A stretch of DNA of 64,000 nucleotides. Origin: Octopus sinensis. Its lineage: Eukaryota. The notes beneath the pieces are model-generated. The model did not search any database, was not told the origin of the DNA, and saw nothing but the letters and a program-made list of their open reading frames with translations. The DNA is taken from contig NC_043026.1 of NCBI RefSeq assembly GCF_006345805.1, forward strand, positions 10,540,001 to 10,604,000, in the 5' to 3' direction. Positions 12,219-23,396 of the stretch are shown here, one piece after another. Every line of letters begins with the position of its first letter. Position 1 is the stretch's first letter. The translations under genes and the position numbers were made by a program.

Positions 12219-12510
12219 ACGATGAAAGGTAAAAAGTTTTGGTTTTTGTTTAAGTGAAAAACGAAAATAGAAAACAAAAAGATCAAAAGAAAGAACCAGT
12301 AAGACTGTGAGTAACTTAAAATATTTAAAGTAAACTGTAGAAAGACTTCAACTGGCAGACGGATATGGCAACGGAAATCTTGATGAGCGCAGAATGAAGT
12401 GGGGAAAGATGTTTTCGAGTTATGTTGTGACGTAATAACATTCACACACACACACAGACACGCACACACACACACGCATACACACACGTGTGTACATGCA
12501 TATACATATC

Positions 12511-12707
12511 TCTCTTTTACTCTTTTACTTGTGTCAGTCATTTGACTGCGGCCATGCTGGAGCACCGCCTTTAGTCGAGCAAATCGACTCCGGGACTTAT
12601 TCTTTGTAAGCCCAGTACTTATTCTATCATCCTCTTTTTGCCGAACCGCTAAGTGACAGGTACGTAAACACACCAACATCGGGACAAACACAGACACACA
12701 AACACAC

Positions 12708-12800
<93 letters not shown>

Positions 12801-12964
12801 CGATAGGCTTCTTTCAGTTTCCGTCTACCAAATCCACTCACAAGGCATTGGTCGGCCCGGGGCTATAGCAGAAGACACTTGCCCAAGATGCCACGCAGTG
12901 GGACTGAACCCTGAACCATGTGGTTGGTTAGCAAGCTACTTACCACACAGCCACTCCTGCGCCT
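12511..12964 (-). mobile_element. SINE family A, full-length tRNA-derived copy
   Basis: A-box TGGCTGTGTGG, B-box GGTTCAGTCC, internal (TA)n(TG)n, tail GCGGTGCTCCAGCATGGCC...(GTAAAAGA)n. Confidence 0.9.
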
Positions 12965-13320
12965 ATATATGTGTAAGTATATTATTTGAATAACCCCCAT
13001 CTTTTATCTTCTGCTGGTTTTCAATCATTTTACTACGGCCATGCTTGAGCACCGCCTTGAAGGCTTTTAATCGAACAAATCGACCCCAAGACTGGTTCCT
13101 TAAGCCTAGTACTTATTCTATCGACCTCTTTTGCCGAACCATAAAGTTACGGGGACGTAAACATACCGACATCGGCTGTCAACCCATGGATGACGGCTAG
13201 CATCACGCTTGAAACTCAAGAATATCAACGAATTTGAATTAAACTGTTTTGATCCATACATGTACATGTAACTCCCACTAAATTGATTGAGTGCCCTTCT
13301 TTCGTTTGTCCCCTCAATCG

Positions 13321-13362
<42 letters not shown>

Positions 13363-13369
13363 ATTATTA

Positions 13370-13409
<40 letters not shown>

Positions 13410-13890
13410 GAGTGAGAGAGCAGTGCATGTCATCAAAGTGATACTGGGGTAAAACATACGAAGCCCAGAATACCCATCATGACTACCTGTCTGATGAGGG
13501 TACACCAGGCACATGCATCACAACCATATGTGAATGACATAGTGATCTCACGTCAAGATAAACAGGGCATGACTTTGCAGGTGGGGCCCAGTTAGAATTT
13601 TCTTCACGTTGAGTCCATCCCGCTCAAATGGTCCCTGAATAAGGGTTGTTTAAGGATGTTGAACGAAACACCCATGTTTCCAGGGGTGCAGAGATGCACA
13701 TATCGTCAGCCACTAAGGGACATGCTCAACTGGTTAAGGTCAAACAACTGACAAGCTAATCTGTGGTATTGAGCAGAATATTTGCTGTAGCCCATCTTTT
13801 ATACCAAGACAAAAAAATGTTCATGGTAACACTTCCAATCAGTTAAGATCAGAAGCCACGAGAGCCACTGCCTGGTACTGCATCAGGGCA

Positions 13891-13891
<1 letters not shown>
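13410..13891 (-). mobile_element. ~480-bp non-coding repeat embedded in (AAT)n
   Basis: Inverted copy of 13969-14460, bordered by (ATT)n on both sides. Confidence 0.75.
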
Positions 13892-13968
<77 letters not shown>

Positions 13969-13971
<3 letters not shown>

Positions 13972-14460
13972 GCCTTAATGCAGTACCAGGCATTGGTTCT
14001 CATGGCTACTGATTTTAACTGATTAAAAGTGTTATCATGTACACTGTTTCGCCTTAACCAGATGAGTATGTCCTTTAGTGGCTGACGATATGTGTATCTC
14101 TGATCACGAGCAGACGTAGTGGGGGGAGGGACATCATAGCTATGTATTGAGAGGAATTCTTTGAGATTTGAATAATTCACCTTAGGAAACATGGGTGTTT
14201 CGTTCAGCATCCTTAAACAACCCTTAATCAGAGACCATTTGAGCGGGATGGACAACTCAACGTGAAGAAAATTCTAACTGGACCCTACCTGCAAAGTCAT
14301 GCCCTGTTTATCTTGACGTGAGATCACCCTGTCGCACACACATGATTATGATGTGTGTGCCAGGTGTACTCATATCAGACGGGTAGTCATGATGGATATA
14401 TTGGGCTTCGTATATTTTACTGCAGTGCCACTTTGATGGCATGCACTGCTCTTTCACTCA
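13969..14460 (+). mobile_element. ~490-bp non-coding repeat ending in (AAT)n
   Basis: Head-to-head partner of 13410-13891. Ends ...GCACTGCTCTTTCACTC(AAT)n. Confidence 0.75.
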
Positions 14461-14505
14461 ATAATAATAATATTGTATAAGCTTAAAGCTTTTGAGCGAT
14501 CACCG

Positions 14506-15693
14506 TGTAAGGACTAAAGAAAATAGTCTAATATTGGGGCATACAATCCCTCGACGGAAAAAAAGTAGGGATTCCGTACGCATGGAACGGAAACCCTACA
14601 TATTACCGTCGACGACTTATATCCCTTAATATTAGACTATTTTCTTTAATCTGTAGCGTGAGTGACATCCTCACTGAGAGACGTATTAGAAATGATCTCG
14701 TGCTAGATAACAACCATCTTCGGCTAGTTTGACCTTGTTGTGTCCACTTCTCTGATTGGTTGGCATTTGGCGCAGTTTGTCTTTTGACTTATTTCGCGCC
14801 AGTGTGTAAGCCAACCAATCACGGCCTTCGGATAAGGACTACTTCATTTGAGCCACCATAACCCTATAAAAGGCGAGATCGACAAACTATTATTCGTCTT
14901 TGGCTCTAGACCTTCTATGGTCTAGTCACTGACCACAGAGCTACTCAGCCATGTTCCAGTTCTAGCGACAGACGACCAGCCAACCATGTTCCTGCTCTAG
15001 CCATGACGACGCTAACTTACACCAGCGACAGACAGGACGTTCTCCATCTCCGTCGCCTTCCTCTGCCGTCGCCATCACCATCGTCGTCCTTCAACTCTAC
15101 GTCATCTCCATCTCCGTCGACTTCAGCAATACGTACGCAGCACTCGCTCGGGTTTAAACTCCACGCTGTTATGAATATTTCATCGAGGTAAACAACTCCA
15201 GCCTACCTGAAAGAACTTACTGTATCAAGAGACTCGGCACGGTATTGAAGCCACAACCGCTACACGACATGTGTTCAACCGGCAATCTGCCTTCTGACCC
15301 CAACATTTTGTTACAGAACTATTGCTATCGTGTACCCCACTTACGAACTGGTAAACTAATTCCATCTTAACTCAATATGCTGAGAGACTCATCTTATGCC
15401 CTGTATTCTGTTTTATCTGTCGCACACACGAACACACAGACACAAACACTTATCGCGTGCATACAAACACTCCACTTTGCTAGCACTCTCTCTCTTTATA
15501 CACATTTGTAAATAAAGTCTTTCTTCTCTCAAACAGTAGAACGGTTGTCGTCCTCATTATTCCTTTTGGCACCGTATTTTATATCATGTATTTGGCTTCT
15601 TATTGTGTTAGGGTCGACCGTGCGGCGTTTTAAAGGAGACATTTGTCACCAACTCCTTACGAATGGTCGTATTCCCTACACTGGTGACCCCGA
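14506..15693 (+). mobile_element. LTR of an LTR retrotransposon (probably Gypsy-type) with primer-binding site
   Basis: TGTA start (14506, or TGTAG at 14652), TATAAAA 14865-14871, AATAAA 15511-15516, end ...CCCTACA at 15680, then TGGTGACCCCGA at 15682-15693. No gag/pol follows. Confidence 0.7.
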
Positions 15694-15931
15694 GGTAATA
15701 TCGATCATGCAGCCATTATTATTCTCAGGGGCCTTAAGTTCGCTCGAACGTTCCAAATTGGTGACCTAGTGCCAGTTTATGTGACCAACCTTTCAGATAT
15801 CACCTTTTCGCTGCAGAATATCCATTTTATCGCCGTTTTGTCTGTACGGTTGTATTCCCTACAAGTCATTACACAGTGATCGCTTATAAGCTTTAAGCTT
15901 ATAAATTATTATTATTATTATTATTATTATT

Positions 15932-16318
15932 CGAGTTACCTCTATTTCCAGGTCTTTGTATTTTGAAAGTTTCTCCATTTCTTTTAGAGACACGTTGTCA
16001 TCTGCTGGTATTGATACATCAATTAGAAAGCATTTTTTTCTTCATGATCTCTGACAACTATATCTGGTTTGTTGGCCTTAATTTCTCTATCTGTGTGTAT
16101 TGACATATCCCAGAGTATGCTTGCTTTCTCGTTTTCTATGACCTTTTCTGGTGTGTGCCTATACCATCTTTTTTCTGTTGTTATTCCATAGTGTTGGCAT
16201 AGCTTCCAGTGTATGTAGCTCCCCTCTGTCGTGTCTGTGAATATATTCCTTCTTAGCCAGGACTGGGCAGCCAGAGATAATATGATTTATTGTTTCTTGT
16301 CCATCTCCACATATTCTG
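15932..16318 (-). mobile_element. R4/Dong-type site-specific LINE fragment (zinc knuckle plus restriction-like endonuclease)
   Basis: RICG...ETINHIISGCPVLAKKEYIHRHD...ILWD...NKPDIVV...FLIDVSIP...KLSKYKDLEIEVTR with two frameshifts; (AAT)n on both sides. Confidence 0.85.
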
Positions 16319-16399
16319 TTATTATCATTATTATTATTATTATTGTTGTTGTTGTTATCATTTACAGAATTGTAAAAATTGACATTGCTTACCAAGAAC

Positions 16400-18175
16400 C
16401 ATCGCATATATATGTGTGCGTGCGTGGAAAATTGGTGTGTTTGTTTGTGGCATTGTTAGCTAACTCTCCCTACATCATCTTATTGATTTTGATGAAACTT
16501 GACACGTGAGTAGAACTCATGTTTGGAAACCACATGACATACTTAGATTGTTGGAAAAGTTGATAAGGCCCCTGGAAGGGACTTTGTATATACCTTATGT
16601 AACTATTTTTTTAAAACACCCAAGGGAAATAACTCATGCCCCTACACAATATTTTTTTTAACACTCAAGGGAAATAACCCGTTTCATTGTTTATGTTCGA
16701 TTACTTTGAACCAACGATCAGCCAACCCAATTCTGCATTTCACTACTCAGTTTTGACTGCTAAACATTATCATTGCACTTCCTTGATTTGAATCTTGAAC
16801 CTTAAAGACTTCATTCATACATTTCTATACATACATAATTTACTCCGATAATTCTGCATTTTTACAGTTACACTTTCTCCATGACAGTAGATAATTTTTT
16901 TTCCACAACGCATTTGTAGTGGCTTCATGCAGGTATAGCGTGGGTTCGATCCTCGATTGCCAAATTTCATTTAATACTTCAACAGAACTTTTCTCACAGT
17001 AAAACAATAGATTTTCTATGAATGACAGCAGTTATATATTTCCCAGATGCCTCCGCTAAGCAAAATCATGTCTTTGCCACTTGACCCTTCTAACCTTTTC
17101 TAGGCCACCAGGGGCTGGAATGGAGATAACAGACCCTCAACGAAATCATTTGTTCTCAACAATATGTCTATCCTTCTGGCTGCATTTTCGATAGTTATAA
17201 AAACAAGAACTCCGTAAGCTAAACGCAGTTACTGACAGCGATCACCAATGAGTGTGAACGTTATTATTGCACTTTCTTATAACACTTCATTCATATATTT
17301 CTATGCATATATACTACATTCATATATTACCTTAAATAAATTAGCCTTCATAAAGTTCGCCTTTAAAATGCCACGACGAGTCAGAGTAGGAATGGGCGCT
17401 TCTACTTCACAAGCTGCTCTAATACGACAACGGCGATCTCAAGTAAGTCTCTCATTCATTATGTTTCATATTTACAAAATAAAACAATTATTCTTCATCT
17501 ATTCTAATTCAATATCTAAACGGTTATATGCATATTTCTGTAATTAATTTACTCATTGCATTAATAGACATTTTTTCAACATCTCCAAATAATTAAGTTC
17601 TGCCAATGCACGCAGGGTTTCTATTAAATTTCATTACACTATGAATGCCCATAACTCCGATAATTCTGCATTTTTCAAGTTCAAATTTTACGATGAAAGT
17701 CCATAAATTTTTCATTCCACAACGTATTTCATAAGTTTTTCCCACTACTATGAACCTATACTGTGAATGCTTAAAATTTTTAAAAACTGAAACCAAACTT
17801 TCACACCACACTGACTCGCGACACCCTGTATTATCAGTTATACTTATTTTACAAATCATAATATTTATTGCTTATTTACAGTTCACACAACATTTTGATG
17901 ATCGTCTATTCTAATTCAATATCTAAACGGTTACATACATATTGCTGTAATTAATTTACACATTGCATTAATACACATTTTTTCAACATCTCCAAATAAC
18001 CGTTTCGTCAACCTCCAACAGTCTCTCCCTCCTCCAGCTGACAGTTTTTGTACGTTTTCGTGATGGAAAATACACCTTTTGTGGCAGTTATAACGAAATT
18101 GCTTTCTTATATCAGACTAATAAGACGTTTCAGTAGAACATCTTTATCCCCGGGAATTACCGGGTACACCAGCTA

Positions 18176-18176
<1 letters not shown>
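16400..18176 (+). mobile_element. Non-autonomous Helitron-like element
   Basis: 3' hairpin CCCGG-GAATTA-CCGGG (18149-18164) then CTAG (18173-18176) and T. 5' region has GAAACTTGACAC, as in the autonomous Helitron. Left boundary approximate. Confidence 0.65.
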
Positions 18177-18225
<49 letters not shown>

Positions 18226-18339
18226 GAGAACTAGGATGCTAGCATACCTAAAAGGATTATAGATCCTTGATACGATTAAATTATATGGCGTTACTCCTTA
18301 CGATTCGTCTTGGCCTAACGGCCCTTAATGTTTATCTTT

Positions 18340-18890
18340 GTCGATTGCTTACTCGTATTCTTTTAGAATCGAGCTGACCGTCTCCACTTTCGAGCCATCT
18401 GACCCCATGACTGTAACGTCAACCGTGTACGCCGATACTACTCTGCCGTGTCCCACTTCGAAAGATATGTCCTTCAAATGGTCAAACTTCTGCAGCAATG
18501 GATTGAGAGCCAGCAAGTACAGAGGAGGTCACATCAAACAGCCCTGACGGACCGAGTGTGCAATGCGGCCGTTTATTTTTACAACTTAGTGGGTGCCTGT
18601 GTCCATTGCAGCGATCCAACCTCTAAAAACAGCCGATTTCAGGACGGCTTCCAAGTAGCGATGGTCAACCTTATCGGATGCTTTACACTGATCCAAACCG
18701 ATCAGGGCACCACCGAAGCCAGCTTTAGTCCCAGCCCTCTCTATGATGCATCTCATGCAGTGGAGGTTGTCGTTGATAGACTTGTTCAGGATTGTGCACA
18801 TTTGTGCTTCCCCGGCCAAAATACCCAAAATCTTAAACTCAGTGTTTAGCAGATTTGTGAGCCGAAAACACACTAGAACGTCCCCATTGT
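18340..18890 (-). mobile_element. L1/Tx1-type RT fragment
   Basis: ALIGLDQCKASDKVDHRYL, SVRQGC...PLY: degenerate RT core. Confidence 0.75.
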
Positions 18891-19501
18891 TGGCTTCATA
18901 AACAATTTAAATACCCATATTCATCAATGCAAAACTAACGTTTTTAGTTTTCCACTGAACACTGGTTAAATCCATAGAACTGGGATGCACTCCTGTGCCT
19001 TAAAATTTTTTTCTTTTACATATTCTACAGAATAAGTATATTCAATGAAGAATATCTCATAAGATGACAATATTCCTTGTCAAAGTTCTTTTTCCATTAT
19101 CTTGTCTCTTCTTGGCATTGCTGTCGAATTCTGTTTGGCCTGCATATATCTGCTGGTTTTCAACATATATACACAACAACATAGAATTGTCCCTGGATCA
19201 GGCAGATACAATCCACATCTCTCTAAACTTTGTCTTTGACTCTTATCTATTGACATAACAAAAGCAAGTTTGATGAGGAATTGCAATCTTCGTAGAGTGA
19301 GTGGTAAGCCCGTGTCAGAGGGCTGAAGGGGAGATTCGAGAAATGGTCAGCACTGCTCCAGTATTAAAACACAGTTGAGTTTCCTCAAAGTCAGTAAAAT
19401 GTCGGTGGTGTTGGGCACCACTGACACTAAAGTGGAGCTCCAGTCTTGATGTTGATGGTGTGAGGAGGAGAGGTTGCAGATATTCAAACATTTTGGAGGA
19501 T

Positions 19502-19895
19502 AGGCACAGGCCTGGCTATAATACGAAGCTTGCTTCCCAACCACATGGTTCCAGGTTCAGTTCCACTGCGTGGTACCTTGGGCAAGTGTCTTCTACTATA
19601 GCCTCATGAGTCGACCAAAGCCTTATGAGTGAAGTGGATTTGGTAGATGGAAACTGAAAGAAGCTCGTCGTATGCGTGTGTGTGTGTGTGTGTGTGAGTC
19701 TGTTTGTTCCCAGCCCCACCATTGCTTGACAACCGATATTGGTGTTTACATCCCTGTAACTTAGCAATTCAGCAAAAGAAACTGATGTGATAAGTACTAG
19801 GCTGACAAGGAATAAGTTCTAGGTCGATTTCTTCAACCAAAAAAAAAAAAACCCTTTGAGGCAGTGCTCCAGCATGGCAGAAACAAATAAAGGAA
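19502..19895 (+). mobile_element. SINE family A, diverged copy
   Basis: Head, (TG)n and tail all recognisable, with many substitutions. Confidence 0.75.
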
Positions 19896-20304
19896 AAGAA
19901 TAGAGAAAAGACAGACTTTTGCCACGGAATCTATACTTCTTAATATAATCACATTTCCCACAAGTTTTCCCATACTTTCGTCATTAAGTGTATCAACTTT
20001 TACGTTCTTTTTATTTTGTTATTTTGTTCAAAAAACTCTTGGAGACTTCCACTGCTCAGTTCTGTAGTTTGTTGGTAAACTGGTCTAAACAAATCCAGCC
20101 ATTCCTTGGAGCTCATTGACAAGGAAGGTGGAATTACAGTGACATCCTTAACACTTAGGAGACGACAAGGCTGATCGATCGGGCGAAAAGTGAAATGACA
20201 AAGAAGATTGTATTCGTTCATTCAATTTCCTACAAGAATATAGTTTTATATAACTGTAAAGTAATTGTTTTGTTTTTGTTTTTTGGAACATTTTTTTTAA
20301 TATT

Positions 20305-20470
20305 GCAGGAGTGGCTGTGTGGTAAGTAGCTTGCTTACCAACCACATGGTTTCGGGTTCAGTCCCACTACATGGCGTCTTGGGCAAGTGTCTTCTGCTAT
20401 AGCCCCGGGCCGACCAAAGCCTTGTGAGTGGATTTGGTAGGTGGAAATTGAAAGAAGCCTGTCGTATATA

Positions 20471-20535
<65 letters not shown>

Positions 20536-20760
20536 GTGTGTGTGTGTATGTTTGTGTGTCTGTGTTTGTCCCACTAGCATTGCTTGACAACCGATGCTGG
20601 TGTGTTTACGTACCCGTCACTTAGCAGTTAGACAAAAGAGACCGATAGAATAAGTACTGGGCTTACAAAGAATAAGTCCCGGGGTCGATTTGCTCGACTA
20701 AAAGCGGTGCTCCAGTATGGCCGCAGTCAAATGACTGAAACAAGTAAAAGAGTATAGAGT
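20305..20760 (+). mobile_element. SINE family A, full-length copy
   Basis: Same structure as 12511-12964. Confidence 0.9.
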
Positions 20761-20953
20761 ATGCCCTGTGTAGGGCTTGTGAAAAGGGCTGTCTTCTTGG
20801 CACTGAAACTCCAAATGAGGCTCCGTCTCCAAAGGGTTAATCACCATCAACAATGTTGGGAATCCTTCTAATTATGTTGTAGGCCTCTTGTCTTGCTTTA
20901 CATACTGTGGCTGGTCATGCAAAACAGAATGGCAATTACCACGGCAACTAGTA

Positions 20954-21121
20954 CAGTCCAGGGGTTCCGCAAGAAGTTAGAAAACTGCTAAAATCGGCAG
21001 TAATTTTTAATTCTCCTGTGCAGATATGTGTGCATAAGACTATTAAATTATTGCACAGGGGTTCCCCGGGCCAGTGGAGTGTTTCCTAGGGGTTCCGCTC
21101 CAGCAAAAAGTTTGAAAAGCA

Positions 21122-21124
<3 letters not shown>
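20954..21124 (+). mobile_element. hAT/Charlie-like MITE, left end damaged
   Basis: Near-identical to 21437-21615; right end TTTGAAAAGCACTG. Confidence 0.75.
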
Positions 21125-21185
<61 letters not shown>

Positions 21186-21211
21186 TCCGTAATAATGAAG
21201 GGTGAAATTAA

Positions 21212-21333
21212 TTAGAAATAGCAGTCAAAGAGTTATAGCTATTTCTTCTACTAAAAAGGGAGATTTCAGTTTTTACTGAGATCTCCCTTTTTAGTAGAAG
21301 AAATAGCTATAACTCTTTGACTGCTATTTCTAA
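21212..21333. repeat. Perfect 53-bp inverted repeat (hairpin with 4-nt loop)
   Basis: 21212-21264 is the exact reverse complement of 21281-21333, with an inner TCAGT/ACTGA stem around TTTT. Confidence 0.95.
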
Positions 21334-21380
21334 ATTCGGTATGTGGTAAGGCAATTCGTTGCTAAACCCTTTATTGCTTA

Positions 21381-21436
<56 letters not shown>

Positions 21437-21439
<3 letters not shown>

Positions 21440-21615
21440 TGGTTTTCAACCAGGGTTCCGCAAGAAGTTACAAAACTGCTAAAATCGGCAGTAATTTTTA
21501 ATTCTCCTGTGCAGATATGTGTGCATAAGACTATTGAATTATTGCACAGGGGTTCCTCGGGCCAGCGGAGTGTTTCCTTGGGGTTCCGCTCCAGCAAAAA
21601 GGTTGAAAAGCACTG
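21437..21615 (+). mobile_element. hAT/Charlie-like MITE
   Basis: TIRs CAGTGGTTTTCAACC / GGTTGAAAAGCACTG (1 mismatch). Confidence 0.85.
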
Positions 21616-21857
21616 CCATACACAGTGGGAAAACTAGCAGTAAACCATATTATCTCTCAATAAACTAATGAATGTCAGATACGTATCTAACGATGGCTAT
21701 GAACACATTGTTGTTTTATTTACATTGTTATTTAGAAAATCTCCACGTGTTTTGGAAACGGATTCTGGGAGGACAACCAACAACATCCAACAACAAGAAT
21801 TTAATTTTAAAAAAAAACCAGTGAGTTGTTTCCCCTTACATACGTTATATATTAAAT

Positions 21858-22016
21858 ACGCATGCGTCGTGACATTGATTTGCTTTTCGCTGACCCATGT
21901 TCACGTTTTGCGCCGCGAAATCCGTGCAGAAATTCTCCGTTGCATAAATCTTATAATCTCAAACTGTTTTTATTTTGTGTTACTAATTAATTGAAAATTT
22001 AACTTCTAAGGTAAGG
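21858..22016 (+). promoter_or_regulatory. Putative promoter and non-coding first exon of ZNF-A
   Basis: Palindrome ACGCATGCGT (21858-21867) in a local CpG-rich patch; donor AAG|GTAAGG at 22011; acceptor TTATTTCAG at 26643. Confidence 0.5.
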
Positions 22017-22081
22017 ATATTTTAAAATAATAATATTAAAATATTTTCATCTAAGTTAATTAGAATCGCTCGCGCTATGCC

Positions 22082-22134
<53 letters not shown>

Positions 22135-22987
22135 ATCATCGTCTAACGGTAAACAGTACCAGATCTATTATCAATTTTTCCGAAATCTTGGATTGCGCTG
22201 TTCTCTGTATTGAGGGAACAGACCGTATTTCCAAAGTTGGTTGATTTACATTATCCAGATAATGTCTAATTTGGACATTGTCTGGACAATAGCAACCTTC
22301 GGTACTACAAGCGAACAGTGATCCCTGGTGCGCGCAGTCGCGCATCCGTGCCAGCTAGTCGTGAGTAGTCGATCCTACAACGACTACCTAGCAAAGTAAA
22401 TAAAACACAAAATAAATGATTTTTTAAACAAAGTAAGGATCGACTAGTCATGACTAACTGGCACGCACCGGGACCATTGTTCGCTAGTAGTACCGCAACC
22501 TTCAGTGAAACTATAGTATTGTAAGGTTACTTATTAGTTTTCCTTTCAATGCTCCAAATATACTATTCAAAGGAAACAAGTGAATTGTCGCCTGTAGTGG
22601 TCTACTTTGAAAACAAAAATGTTTTTCAATGCTTCTAATTGTTTTGTAATGAAAAAAAAAACGCACTTGTCTTTAAAATAATACACACCGTATATCGTTG
22701 AAAAATATTTCCTAAGCTCCAGTAGGGGCTCGCTATTAACTTAGTTTTTGCAGTGTTGCGCCAATCAGCTCATTTGCATATGCAAGTCGCTGTAGGATCG
22801 ACGGGCTACGACTGGCTTGCGCGTCTGCGTGCACCGGGTCCAGTCTACGCGACGAGTACCTACAGTTGTCCATTGGGTTTAAGTCTGACAAGTTTGACAG
22901 CCAGAATTTAAAAAATAATAATAATAATAATGAAATTGTTATATACAGTGCTCGTGTACACTACAAAAAAAAAAAAGAAGTGGCATT

Positions 22988-23396
22988 AGGCGCAGGAGTG
23001 GCTGTGTGGTAAGTAGCTTGCTTACCAACCACATGGTTCCGGGTTCAGTCCCACTGCGTGGCATCTTGGGCAAGTGTCTTCTGCTATAGCTCCGGGCCAA
23101 CCAATGCCTTGTGAGTGGATTTGGTAGACGGAAACTGAAAGAAGCCTGTCGTATATATGTATATATATATGTGTGTGTTTGTGTGTCTGTGTTTGTCCCC
23201 CTAGCATTGCTTGACAACTGATGCTGGTGTGTTTACGTCCCCGTCACTTAGCAGTTCGGCAAAAAACAGACCGATAGAATAAGTACTGGGCTTACAAAGA
23301 ATAAGTCCCGGGGTCGATTTGCTCGACTAAAGGCGGTGCTCCAGCATGGCCGCAGTCACATGACTGAAACAAGTAAAATAGTAAAATAGTAAATAG
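22988..23396 (+). mobile_element. SINE family A, full-length copy
   Basis: Same structure as the other SINE-A copies; lies in the inferred ZNF-A intron. Confidence 0.9.

Noticed and set aside
13485-13510. CTGATGAG resembling a hammerhead core
   Set aside because: No GAAA or stems follow, and the sister copy has a different sequence at this position.
20297-20624. Recurrent ORFs such as [18 protein letters not shown] and AEDTCPRCHAVGLNPEPCGW
   Set aside because: Translations of SINE-A, repeated only because the SINE is repeated.
22988-23065. tRNA-like A and B boxes
   Set aside because: SINE heads without a complete cloverleaf; no true tRNA gene was found in the window.
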